A DNA stretch of 63,951 bases, filler included, from Guillardia theta CCMP2712 (lineage: Eukaryota > Protista > Cryptophyta), in NCBI RefSeq assembly GCF_000315625.1. It is 5 parts of 4 records of this genome, joined end to end, with 100 filler letters (N's around TTAATTAATTAA, not from the genome) between each part and the next. Parts side by side here need not be neighbours in the genome. Positions count along the whole stretch, not along the records: positions 38,626 to 57,375 come from NW_005434362.1; 4 more parts are not named here. The stretch is one strand, 5' to 3'. Under the pieces are notes generated by a model that saw only the letters and a program-made list of their open reading frames with translations, was not told the DNA's origin and made no database searches. The first letter of the stretch is position 1, and every line of letters starts with the position of its first letter. A program made the translations under genes and the position numbers. Positions 43,139 to 55,189 of the stretch are shown here, one piece after another.

Positions 43139-43339
43139 GTTTCTAGCTGAACCCCGCCTTTGCCTTGCTTGTTGAGATCACAGGTTGATATAAGCGTCGA
43201 TCAGCAGCCCGTTGAACGTGGTACGCAGGGGTGCGTTTGCTTCGTTCTTGCCCTTTGCCAATGACCCTTTTTCTTTATAATTACCTTCCCTACCCTACCC
43301 ACCAATTTCAAGTCCATTGAACCGGTACACCAAACAGCT

Positions 43340-43386
43340 CCGCGAGGTAACGTGACAATCATGCTGCAGGTCACGTCACCTCGCGG
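43340..43386. promoter_or_regulatory. 17-bp inverted repeat containing GTGACGTGAC, upstream of HTH copy 2
   Basis: CCGCGAGGTAACGTGAC-13 nt-GTCACGTCACCTCGCGG, one mismatch. The same word lies upstream of copies 1 and 3. Confidence 0.6.
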
Positions 43387-44108
43387 ATTTCCTACCCTAC
43401 CCCACCATCCATGGCGATTTGATCAGAAATTTTGGTACAATTTCAAACTCCCCACCCCACCATTTTGATAAAACCCCATTGCACATGAATTCAGCGCTTC
43501 GAAACGATGTAGTAAATATGGTACTGTTTTGTTTGACCAGATTTGGGATTTGACCATTATTTTTTTCACCATGTTTTTTTTTGGGCTCCGAATCCGGCAC
43601 CCTATCAAAACGGTTTTGGTTTTACTGCTACTATTGCCGCTCGTGTGGTTGGAGTAGTGGTTTGTGCTGCCTTCTCCTATTCCTATAATTATGTTGAGGC
43701 GGGTTTGTCGGTTTTACCCTTTCCCACATTAAAAGGTTATAGCCTATCATGAACTCATCCGTGTAGTACGAATAAAGATTTTGACCCACTAATAATCGAT
43801 TGAACCATGCGACAGCAGAAGACTACAAACAGTGTTGAGTGCGACAATGAGTGTTTGGCTGGTTTGAAATGACCTCGACATGCATCAAGATTGAACAGTC
43901 GACATATTGACATTCGAAAGATTCTCGCTTTTCCCGTCTCACGTTGTTCATTTCTTCTATGGACCTATGAGCACTTTGCTGACTGTACATACTTTCATGA
44001 CATAGCAACAAAGTGGAACAGTGTTGACTGGAACTTCAATTCAGATGCATGCATCAAATCTATTTTCCTTGAAGAAAAACTTTCCAATAATGCAAATTAC
44101 ATCAATAA

Positions 44109-44774
44109 TTACTCGTCAAAACTCGAAACCACTGCCCCCCTCTCCTTCCCCCCTCTCGCCCACTTCCTCACGTTCTCCGGCTTCAGCGCCTTCGAGATCG
44201 CTGACAGGCTCTTCCCAAACATCGCCGCAAGCTCCGCCTTGCTCTTGTGTACCTGCGGGTCCTTGGAGTGATGCAGCCTCACGATCTCCTGCCTCTCCCT
44301 CGCCGACAGCCTCCCCTTCCCCCGGCACGCCTTCTTGTGCCGCTCCCTCTCCTCCTCCGACCACGACCTCCCCCGCTTCTCCCGTCCCGCCGTCGCCGTA
44401 GCCTCCGCCCCCTCCCTCTCGCTCGGGCTCTCGCTCGGGCTGCTGCTCCTCGACCCCTCCCACGCCCCGTCCTCCCTCGCTTGCTCCGCCAGCGCGGCCT
44501 CGGCCCGCCGCATGGCCTCGGCCCCGAGCGAGCTTTGCCACCTCCCCGTCGGCCCCAGCGGGAGGTACCTCAGCTCGTCGCACGTCACTGCCGCCTCCTC
44601 GCTGCGATGCGGCAGCTGGTGGGGCTGCTGGCAGAGGGAGCAAGAGCACTGGTAGGAGAAGTCGCGGTAGGGCAAGGGGTCGAAGCAATCGAGATGAAGG
44701 GAGGGGGTGAGGAGGGTAAGTAGAAGTTCGATTTCAGTTGTCTTGAGCATGAAAGGGATCTCCTGCATGTCCAT
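44109..44774 (-). CDS. psq/CENP-B-type HTH protein, copy 3
   Basis: Inverted near-identical copy of 40880-41563. Confidence 0.7.
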   Translation of the reverse strand: MDMQEIPFMLKTTEIELLLTLLTPSLHLDCFDPLPYRDFSYQCSCSLCQQPHQLPHRSEEAAVTCDELRYLPLGPTGRWQSSLGAEAMRRAEAALAEQAREDGAWEGSRSSSPSESPSEREGAEATATAGREKRGRSWSEEERERHKKACRGKGRLSARERQEIVRLHHSKDPQVHKSKAELAAMFGKSLSAISKALKPENVRKWARGGKERGAVVSSFDE

Positions 44775-45292
44775 GTCGATCCTCCTGTGGTGCCGAGACG
44801 CGGGTCGGTGGAAGAGAGCCTAGCAAGGGTGCGCGGGAAAGGGGGGGAATAAAAGGGACTTTTATGGCTCACATTACAATCCACCGGTTGTTAGCCAAGT
44901 AGAATGAGGGGTGGTTTAGGAGGGTGGGGTGAAGGTCACGTCACCTCGCGGATGCTGACATCTAGAGCTTCGAAGCGTTGCATTTCAGAGTCACGTGGTC
45001 CACTGTGTTCGTTCACTGAACTAGTGGCCGCGGGCCGGGCAGGGGAACTTAAATTGACAGGCACGCGCCGCCGGGCCGCGGGCCGCCGCTCCTACTCTGG
45101 CTCCTCAGTCACTATCACGACACCGCCGGGGCCCGCCGGGCCGTTGCCGGACTGGGCCCGGCGCCCTGCCCGGCCCGGGAACTTCAGAATCGGTGAGCCG
45201 GCCCGGGGGAGGCACCGTTGACTTGAATGCACACATACACACACATTTTTGCATGCATTCATCAAGTTTCAGTTTAGAGTACTACCGGGCCG

Positions 45293-47300
45293 CTAAGTTC
45301 TTTCAGCGTCTGCTCTCATGATACGTCGCGTCTCCTCCAGAAGGTTCTGCGGAAGTACAATACTCAGCCGATGATCGCATGATTGACACTGGCCGAGCCG
45401 CAGACAAGCAAAGTCACTGTACTCACGATGAACTCTTGCTCGTTCTTGATCTGCAGTCGCTTCAAGTACTCATCCCTCTGCAATGCACGGATATGATCAG
45501 TGCTAGTTCACGACCGCGCGACTCGTAAGGAGGAGAAGAACGGTACGGTCACCTGAAGGACAAACTCCGGATTCATTTCTCCCATGAGCTCAAACCTGAC
45601 CAAAGGTCAAGTTGACGTCACTCCGAGTCAGTGCCATCATGGTCCGGGCCCGAACTGTCGCCTTCAAGACCCCTCGCTGTCATCACTGACCTCTTCATGA
45701 AGATTCCCCAGCGATCTTCAATAGCCTCCATCTACAGCAAGAGCATGGGCAACGCTGAGGCAGCAAGACTCGCCGACGCGCTCACCTGATCGATGTACAT
45801 GAGCTTCCCGGTTCGATCCCACTTCCCGTAGCCCTCCCCTAGCTTGACCAAAGATTTGTGCTCAGCCACCATCTGCCTGAACTCTTCCTGCTCCGTCGCG
45901 CACGAAGTCAGCGAGCAACCATGCTCGGTTAGCATGCGGCATGCGCACACCTGAACCACTGGAGACTGAATGGCCTTGGACCCTTCCTTAAAGGGCAAGG
46001 CAGTGACGCCTGAAGACGACATCATCCCCTGTGACATGATCTGCGACGACTCTTGGCTCTAGCGCACGCCATGAGCGACGGCAGGGTAAGAACACAGAGG
46101 AGCAACCGATTGCGACATGATCTTCTGTACTTCAGCAGGCATGGGAGGTGGGGGTTTCCCGCTGGCATACGCTAACATGGCCTGGACTTGCCATGAGGTA
46201 GATGCCTGCAAATCATTGAAGACGTCATGCCAAAACTTGTCTTGACACGAGACAACAAACTTTCATCTGCGCAAAGTTTATGCCGTTCTGAGCAAGACGA
46301 GCTTCAGTCATCTTGAACAGCTGTTCGACAAAAGATTATGTGAGGGGATAGGCATTGCTGTCTGAAATGTCTTCCTGTAAAGCTTGGAAGTCTTCAGAAA
46401 GCTGCCAGCCCACATCTCAAAAATCGGTCTCTCAAACTACAGACTAAGACCTGAAATCTCGTCAGGAGAATGGACCACTGCTCGTTTGCCTTCTCCTATC
46501 ATTCAAGATCACAACGTAAGATCCTTTTTGCAAGATGTTGTTGTTTTTGACGCCCACCATCTCCTGCGCTATCGTCTCCACCTCTGTCGGATTCGGGGGG
46601 ACTCCGCTTTGTAGACCAGTAGAGATCGCCTGTGCCACGTTAGCCCGGCCAGTAAGAAGGCCAAGGGGAAGCACTTGGAACTTGACGCTCAAGTCTGAAG
46701 CTACCTGACGACATAACTTCAACAAGGACAGAAGAAGCACAGCGCATGGGAGCTATACCAACGTCAGCTTCATCATTTCATCATCCACATCCTAAGGCAG
46801 CTGAACGATCAGCACGTGGAGCGGAGGGAGGTAAGGGAGGCCCTCGACCTGCGACTCGCAGTAGGAGCTTCGGAAAGGGACGAAAGGACCGATCGGGCCC
46901 AACACCTCAAGTTGATCCAACTGGTCAGGCTGATGCTACTGGACATTGGCAAGTATGACACCATTTGAGCCCCCCGGAGCCGAGGACGGCAAGTCTTGAC
47001 TGCCTTGAGGGAAGGCAAGGGCGCTGACTTGGACAAGAGCGGCAATGGCCGGAGGAGACTGGTCTGCATGGGAGACTGAGGACACGTCCGTTGTGAGAAT
47101 GGTCATTCTACACCACCTGTGAAGGGAGGAACCCTGTGCACGAGGAACAAAACCAGACGAGGAGAAGGACTGTCTTGAAGGCCTTGAAAGCAATAGTCAA
47201 GCCTTTTCATCTCCTTCGCCCTTGTGATTGTGATTTGAAGTGCTCAAAAAGATAATCGAACCACAGACTCAAGTTTGTGCCATGACGAAGACATCCATCG
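45293..47300 (-). CDS. Putative plastid-targeted protein with C-terminal DUF1825-like domain, multi-exon
   Basis: LVKLGEGYGKWDRTGKLMYIDQ-MEAIEDRWGIFMKR-FELMG matches cyanobacterial DUF1825. Upstream TVLLLVWFCSSCTG-F signal-like segment; start uncertain. Confidence 0.65.
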
Positions 47301-48121
47301 GCTTCAAATCAAGCACAAACAATATGCTGAAGCATGAAACAAGCATAAAAGAGAGCATACACAACCATTGCACATAAGAACCAAATAAATGCCAGTCTTA
47401 AACCACAAATCATCTTTCACTTGGTTTGTTTGGTATGTACATGTCCGTGTGTACATAGTACGGTCATGTGTGTTGGGGAATGAGTTGGATTCATCCAAAC
47501 AAAAGCGATAGAAGCATAAAGGGATGGAGGGTGGAGGGGTCGGGGGGAGGGGGGGATGCATTGAGAACGGAGGAGTAGGATTAGGAGGAGGGAGGCGTGA
47601 GCATGGAATTAGGTAAGGAAAGGATGAGGCGTTAGGGAAGGAGGAAGGGAAGGAGGAGGGTAGTGGGGAACGTAGGAGGCGGGAAGGAGAAAGGAAGAAG
47701 AGGATGGAGGTTATCGGAGGTCAGGCGGAGGCGGAGGCGGCGGAGGCGTCAGAAATTTTGCATACCTTATTAGTGCATCCGGTCGACGCCGCCATGGCGA
47801 GGTAAGGAACTGAACCCGCCTCAACCAATATTTCTAAGGACATGAAAAAACAGTGAGAATATGTTGGATATCATTCGGTTTTCTTCAAGGCAGCAATTTA
47901 TCTGAGGCGTGCTGGCGATTGTGATTTTTAATTTTTAATTTTCGCTATGAGTAGATGACATGGTCACGTTACAACACGGAACGGCGGATATTTTATTCTT
48001 ATTAATAAAAGTACCAACGGAGAAAGATATTTCGTTGCCCCCGGTGCACCAGCGACTCGGCTCCCTTGCATAAGAAAAACTTCCTTCCCCTGTGCTTCCC
48101 CTCCCTCCTCCTCCTCCCATC

Positions 48122-48622
48122 ATGGCAACAGCGCCCAACCATGTTAGCTCTACATCACGTCCTAGCTCGCACAAGACTGAATCTTTGGTGATAATGCGAA
48201 CAATCCGCATGATTTCAGAAGGGTGGGCGTCGTCGTCATCGCCACTATCCAGGTCAACGAACATCACGTTTCTTGTATTTGTTGTGTTTCGCGGGGAATG
48301 TAAAACCGTTCGGTTCACCACTCCGTTTGATCTGAGTTCTCCTCACTGGATGACAACTGGATGCAACAATCTCATGCATCTCCATGGACATGTTCGGCAA
48401 AACTGCGATGCCACACCCCTTGAGCGAAGGCAGATGGCGTACGTGGACGCTGAAGATGACGAGATTGTGATTGAAACTGACGGGGAGCTCATCTTTGCAA
48501 TAACAAGGTTTCTTAGAAGCCCGACCGTGATGTTGATGTGGGGTAACAGGCAGGAGCGCAGTCAGATGTCACCCATTTACCGCAGGGCGTTGACAAATGC
48601 CCCCGGCAATACAATATCATAA
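48122..48622 (+). CDS. PB1-domain-like protein
   Basis: VVFRGECKTVRF and MAYVDAEDDEIVIETDGEL (OPCA-like acidic motif). Confidence 0.55.
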   Translation: MATAPNHVSSTSRPSSHKTESLVIMRTIRMISEGWASSSSPLSRSTNITFLVFVVFRGECKTVRFTTPFDLSSPHWMTTGCNNLMHLHGHVRQNCDATPLERRQMAYVDAEDDEIVIETDGELIFAITRFLRSPTVMLMWGNRQERSQMSPIYRRALTNAPGNTIS

Positions 48623-49371
48623 GGCTCATGACAACACTCGGTCTTGATGCCTCTGCAGTTGCTTCAAGTACTCATCCCTCTGCAAGCCTGGGGAATGCAA
48701 GGGGAGGTTGCAAAAATGCTTTCACCTAGCTAGACAGGGAAGTTTGTACAACGACCACGTTGTCATGTTCACCTTGTCAGCGCGCGAGAGTTATTTCACA
48801 CCTTTGACTTAAAGGTGCAGTCTGGGACCAGAACGATGAAAAAAGAGCTGATGTTGGATGGTCAAAGTTGTCGATACCAGTCATTGACAGCCTGTTGTGA
48901 AAGTAAAAGCTTCATGAGCTCTCAATTGATATTTGTTGTTACAGTAAAAGTTTTACTACTTTGCAAGTCCCACCAAATTTCGGAAGAGAGCTAGTGGTCA
49001 TCAGTCTGAGGGGCCGCTGGAATGAATTCATTAAGATTTCATTGGTTGAAAATTCAATCCAATGAGAACTCACAAGATCATTCGAAGAGGACGATGCATA
49101 GATTGGTTCCATCTTCACAAAACCCATGTCTCCTCGAGTCCTGCTTTCAGTGTAGCCGAGTTACTTTCGAAGGTCTCGTTCCAAGGAGCAAGAACTTGTA
49201 AACATTCAAAGGTCTCAGCTTGTCTTGATTTCATGGGATTTCAAAACACTTCATTCAACTCAAAGACAAATTATTCAAGCACAGGAGGTCGACGGAGATC
49301 TTTCACACACCACAGCAGTTGCAGCTTTGCCGTGTTAAATGAACCACTGACAGGTCGACTTGCGAAACCAT

Positions 49372-49965
49372 CTATTTCTTTTCCGCCTTCCCCCTTAGAT
49401 TCGCAATACTCTCGGGCTTCAGAATCTTTGCAATGGCCGACAGACTCTTCTTAAACATACTAGCGAGCTCCGCTTTTGTCTTGTGCACTTCAGGATCGCT
49501 TGAGTTGTGTAGACGGATGATCTCTAATTTCTCTTGCCTTTTGAGGCGAGTCTTCCCCTTGCAAGCTATCTTATGTTTGTTTCTCTCGATTTCTGTCCAA
49601 GCTCGCGTCATTCGCCCACCCTTGTTCGTTCCAACTGATCCTGAGCCCTGCACCCCTCCATCCCCAGCCTCCTTGCTGTGCGATTTCTCAGGAATTGCAG
49701 TGTCGTCTGAGCCATCTCTGGACATCAATATCAATATGAAGCAATCAAGGCCAGTAAATCTAACAATTGTGAGTGCGTTTTTAAAAGAACAGATTTGAAA
49801 CCATCCCAGTGGACGGGGAGACGGCGTCTGTTCTCCTTCTGCTCCAACTCTTCCCTTGCTCTTTCCCCCGTAAATTCCCCTCCTCCTCCAACTCCCAAGC
49901 TGACAACCTCTGTCTCTCGCTCGGTATTCGAGATCCCACCCTTGCTTCCTCTGGTTCACCGGCAC
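49372..49965 (-). CDS. psq/CENP-B-type HTH protein, diverged copy 4 (start uncertain)
   Basis: RAWTEIERNKHKIACKGKTRLKRQEKLEIIRLHNSSDPEVHKTKAELASMFKKSLSAIAKILKPE aligns with copies 1-3. Confidence 0.7.
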   Translation of the reverse strand: MPVNQRKQGWDLEYRARDRGCQLGSWRRRGIYGGKSKGRVGAEGEQTPSPRPLGWFQICSFKNALTIVRFTGLDCFILILMSRDGSDDTAIPEKSHSKEAGDGGVQGSGSVGTNKGGRMTRAWTEIERNKHKIACKGKTRLKRQEKLEIIRLHNSSDPEVHKTKAELASMFKKSLSAIAKILKPESIANLRGKAEKK

Positions 49966-50109
49966 CTCCTCCCTCTTCCTCCAGAGTCTCGGGGGCTGTT
50001 GTATGTGCCGCTCCTGTTTCCGTGCGGTGACGTGATCGTTCCCCTGAGAAAATTCATTTTTTTACCAAAACCACCAGGGGTGGGGTCAGTTTATTGAAAT
50101 GATAGGGGT

Positions 50110-51080
50110 GGGCGCTGTGAAGCTCCCCCCTCCCCGGACGACTGTCCGGCGGAGCCTTTTCGGAGTCACGCCGACACGCTGCTGATGCCGGCCGCCGGGC
50201 CCACTGCCAATTGGCATTCGCCGCCGCAGTCACGCGCGGCACTGCCGATCGGACTCGGCCGCGGGCCGCGGGCCCCGGCGGGCCGGGCCCCCGGCGCCGG
50301 GCGCCGACTCGGATGCCAGTCACCGTGGCACCGCACCGTGCCGTGTACCATCATGTCGATCGGACGCCGCCGCCCGGCTCGGACTCAGGCTAGCCGGGCT
50401 CCGAGTCGCCACCGGGCCCCGGGCCGGGCCGCGTGTCGGACCGCCGCGCGGCGGCGGGATCGGATGGCCGCCCCCGGGCATCGCCAGGCGCGGCCGATCC
50501 GATCGGGACCGTACCGTCGCCGGCGCCGTGCCAATCAACTTACTGGCCGCTCACAGAGCCTCGGGGTCAGCCACTTGGCCGCAGTGGATTGCCGCCCGGC
50601 GCATGATCACTGGCTAGTAGCCGCTGAGCGCTGCCAGGCTGAGCCACTGCCGCGCACACTACCGTACAGTACGGTAGTACCCCGGCACTGTGAAGCTTCC
50701 GAAGTTCTTTACTCAAAGTTAAGTTGAACTTGAAATTAAAGTAAAGAAGCTTCACTGTTATTTGCGACCGGACTCACTGTAGTGTAGCGGCCGGCCCGGC
50801 GGGCTGAGGCTACGGTAGTACTGAGCCGCAGTACGGTACGGTACCGGGCCGGTACGGTACCGTAGGTCACGGGAGTCAGCCTACCGTACGGTAGGCTCCG
50901 AGGCTCAGTAGTATGGCACGGCCCGGACCGTCCGGGACGGTCTCCCCGGGGGGCCGGTCCGAGCTGACGACACTCGGAGCTCAGTGCGCCGGTTAGCCGC
51001 TCAGCGGCCCGGCGGCAAGGGCCGATCATTCCTACACCGGCCGAGGCCGCACGTGCAGCGGCCCCCGCGCAGGCTTGCCG
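50110..51080. promoter_or_regulatory. GC-rich CCGG/GTAC-rich island between divergent HTH copy 4 and DCAF1
   Basis: Same word content as the other islands; TTTACTCAAAGTTAAGTT at 50708-50725. Confidence 0.5.
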
Positions 51081-51288
51081 GGTAACAAGATAACAGGGCA
51101 GCAGAATTCGACAGGAGAGGATTCATAGGAAATTATTGCTGCCCTTTCTCTTACAAGTTGTGTGCGATAGAGCGAAGAGAAATTCGATAGAGAACACGAA
51201 ATTTGCTGAGATGCATTGGGAACATTTCAAAACTGATCATGATAATTTCAAAATAAGAAGACAATCTGATGGAAATCTGTTTGGGGCC

Positions 51289-54200
51289 ATGGCGAACGAA
51301 TCGGAAGGGGGCGCGAAGGCGAGCCATGCAGAAGAGGAGGGGGGAGGATGGGAGGAGCAAGTTGAAAGCGGAGATATAGACCAGAGTGTTGGGTAGACGA
51401 TTTAGGAAGGTGAGCATGATGGATAATAAGCATCATGGAGGGTAAAGGCGATTGGGGCGGAATATGGTAGGTAGGGATAGCTGAGAATTCAGGAGCGATG
51501 GCATGGAGATCTACTCGGTTCTGAAAGCAAGACAGGTCAGAATTTGAGCCAACTTGAAGTCGCCTGCGATAAAGGCCGGAAGTGGTCGGTGAGACTCCGA
51601 CAAGGGAACATTGTTTCTGAAGTGCATTGGTTATCCTTCCGTAGACGATTCCTTGCCTCGCTAATTGGTTTTCCTCCCAATCTCAATGGAGGGGTCTCAA
51701 GAAGATGCAGACATGGAGGAGAATGTGGTTGCGAGAACAAAGGTATGACCAAGGCGTCTCGTATGGTTGAAGCGTTCTGACCGTCAACAAGGCCCTCCTC
51801 AGTTCCTTCATGGAAGACCCTAATGATTCAGCCAGAGCGAGCGAAGTTCTCAGCAAGGCATGCAAGGCTTGCGGCTGCTGCGTTGCAGTCTAACTTGAAG
51901 ATTCAATGCAGGCTGCTGCATTGTTTGAGCAAGAGGAGCTTGTCTTCCGGGCATCGAATCCAGATATCTTTGCAAGAGAGCGCGAACAGTTTCCGGTATG
52001 AGATTGAGGGCTCCATAGAGATTGTTTTGACTCAGGAGACAGGTCATGGAGATGTTGGCCATCATCGTCCAGAACGAGAGCATGCTCAGGCAGATCAACG
52101 AGTCAGGATGTCTTGCGATTCTCACAATGCTTGCAGCACTCTGTTCACAGCCGTTGAACAACGTAGAGACGCTGTTCTGCAAACAGCAGCGGCAAGGTTT
52201 GTTAATCGAAGCCATGATTGCATGTGTATGTGAACCCATTGTGTTAGATTTCTTGTCGCAGCTGCACCAGGGCTGTCATGTTTGCCTTCATTGCAACAAT
52301 CACTCTTCATGGAGCTTCTAACACAGGACAGGTCTAATTTTGTACTCTACGGATCAGCTTCCTTTTGATTCTTGTCTCTAGCATGGAAGAGAAACTTTCC
52401 CAGTGGGTTGCTTCTGAGGAACTGCCGATGTGCTCGGTGAGTTCCGAGTCGACCTCAAGTCTAGCCGCATGACGAGCTTGTCAGTATGGAGCTGGGCTGC
52501 TATCACTGGCCCTGTTGGACGACCAGGTTGAGGGTTACTTTTGGTCTTCCTTCTTGCTCACAAGGAGTATCAGTGTGCAGACGAGATCGTGCGGAAAGGG
52601 TTGGTCCCGAACATGTTCAAGAGACTGAGTGGGTGCGGGTTGACTTGCATGCTGTGAATGCTGCTGAGAATGCGAGGAAGGATCGTTTGGGAAGACAAGA
52701 GCATCATGCAAGCCCCGGGGGTGAAGGAATCGGAATCAGAGCCGTCGAACGACTGGGGTAGAGGATGTTCTGTGTGGGAGACGGTTGTGCTGATACTCAC
52801 TTGTCGTCTTAGAGCTGACGGGAAAGATGCTCCTTGAGAGGGAGAAAAATCATCTTGTTCAATGTTTGCGAGTCCTGATGAGCTACAAAGAGTGTCTGAG
52901 CTGCGCGCTGGAGGTGATGCTGATTTCTAGAGGTTGCAAGGGAGGCTGAGAGGGAGGCTGGTGTTTGTCAGGACAACGCTCTTGGGACAGCGATCAGGCT
53001 GATGGAGAGATCCGACAAGGTTTGTCGGCCTCAATGCTATCCTTGCGAGGTCGATCCCAACGGCTGTGCCAGATCCTGTGCCACGAGACCCTTCGCATGC
53101 TTGCGGCGCTCCTCTTTCATCGAAAGTTTGCCCTTGTCTTCGTGGAGCATGATGTAAGGAGGGAGGAGTGGGCTATGAGTGCTCCTCCCATGACGAGCAT
53201 CCTCCCCAGGGTCTTCAGCGGCTCCTTGAGCTTCCTGAGATGTCCTACTACGCAGGATCCACCGCCCTCTGTCTCCTAAACCTGGTCAGTTCACAAGCTC
53301 CCTGCCCTCCCTCCTCCTCCTCTCCTCTGTCCAACTGCTGACGGCATTTCTTGCCTCTCGTGCCCCCTGCCTCCTTCTCCTCCTCCTCCTCCTCCTCCTC
53401 CTCCTCCTCCTCCTCCTCCTCCTCCTCGCAGGTTCACTTCAGGGGCGTCATCGACAAACTCTGCGCACACCCGAGGCCCACTTCCAAGCAGCTTGTTCAG
53501 TTCCTCCTGCAGCTCGTCGAGTACAGGGACGAGGTCCTCTCATCCTGCCAGCTGCCCTCCCTCCCTCCCTCCCTCCCTCTCTCCCTCCCTCCCTCTCTGC
53601 ATTGGATTCACTTCTTTGGTTCACCAGGTTGCCACCAGCAACGTCCTGCAGTCGTTCGCTAAGGTGAGTTTGCGGTGTCGAGCCCAAGAGGATGACTGAT
53701 GGAGCTCGGGAAGGTTCTGGCGTACGAGCATGCCTTCTTGAAGCCCTTCGATGAGCTGGGAGGGTAACGTCTGACGTTTAACCGCTGTTGCTCCTCGCTG
53801 ACAGACCCTTGGAAAGCTGCCGATGCTTGATGAATGTGGTCAGGATCTGCCTGGAAAATACGGTGAGGCGACCTGCTCTCTTTATTGCCCACTCAAATTT
53901 TCCTTCCCCTCCCTCCTCCTCCTCCCTGTCCTTCTCGCTGTTGCCTCCCCTCTTGTCCCTCTCTGCCTATCTCTACATCCTCTCCTGCCCCCCCCCTTCC
54001 TCCTTCCCCTGTCCTCTCCACCACCACCCCTCTTCTGTCTTGCTCCCGGTCTACCCCTGATGCTTCCTCGTCCACGTATCCCTTGTGCTCGAGCAGGGTG
54101 AAGGAAGGCAGAGGGTGAAAGGAGGAGGGAAAAGTGTCGCCAAGTGGTGCGGGCTGGCCCTGAGGAACTTCGTCCGCGCTCATCTCCTCGTTGCTGCTGA

Positions 54201-55135
54201 GCATCTTGAGCGCGTGGAGGCGGATGGAGACGCGGCAGCGAGAGAAGCGAAGCCGAGCAACAAGGCCAACCATGCCCTTCGCCCGAACAAAGCTGTGTCA
54301 CCCGATGACGAGGAGCAAGTTGCTAAGGCGTGCATACTGCTGGAGAGAAGGTCAGGAGGAGGGAGAGATGGTGGTGGTGCAGGACGAGGATTCAGGAAGG
54401 AAGGTGGAGCGAAGACAGGAGGAGGAGGAGGAGGAGGAGGTAGTGGTGGTGGTAGTTGCACTTTGAAGAGGAATTTTTAATCATGGAGAGCGAAGAGGAA
54501 ATCGTGGATCGGGTTGTTCGTAGAAGAAAAGGAGGAATAGGAAGGAGGAGAACAAGGAAGCGGAAAAAGCTTGTTGGTAGCAAGAGAATGGTCTGGTGAA
54601 TGACATAAAAGGAGATTGGAGAGAGGATAGATGGCAGGGAGAGGACAAGCAGGGATGTGTGGGGGGGGGGGGTGGTGGTTTTGCGTATCTTTGCTGACCG
54701 TTCCTAACGCAGGGGAAGGTTTGTAGACCCTGCCGACTGGGCAGCAGCAGTGCAGGAGGTGGCTGGCAACGGAGGTCTCGAGCTCCTGCTGCAGCTGCTC
54801 CAGTTTGCCGTAAGTTTGCGGCAGTCATCCCCGGGCTCTGAACGCCAGGCTGGCAGGCGCAAACTCGTCTTTGCGAGCTGGCAGCTTACATCCTGCAGAC
54901 TATGCAGGTGGGGAGGGAGGATGGGGTCTTGTCATGGCCGTCGCTGAAGTTGATATGCTCTAGATCACGTGCCTGTTGCCGATGATAAGGATGGACCTGA
55001 TGGAGACGAGCCTTGACTCGGAGGTTTGTTCTCCTCTTGCTGCCTCTTCTTCCCTCCTACTTCGTGCTGCTGCTCCTCCTTATGCCTCTCCCGCTGCACC
55101 AGCTTGTTTGTCTGCTCCTGCTCCTGCTTCTGCTT

Positions 55136-55189
<54 letters not shown>

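Larger units (their letters stand above)
40666..44994. repeat. ~850-bp inverted duplication (40666-~41513 vs ~44147-44994) including promoter and HTH gene
   Basis: GTGACTCTGAAATGCAACGCTTCGAAGCTCTA at 40666 is the reverse complement of sequence ending at 44994. Near-identity continues through the CDS. Confidence 0.9.
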
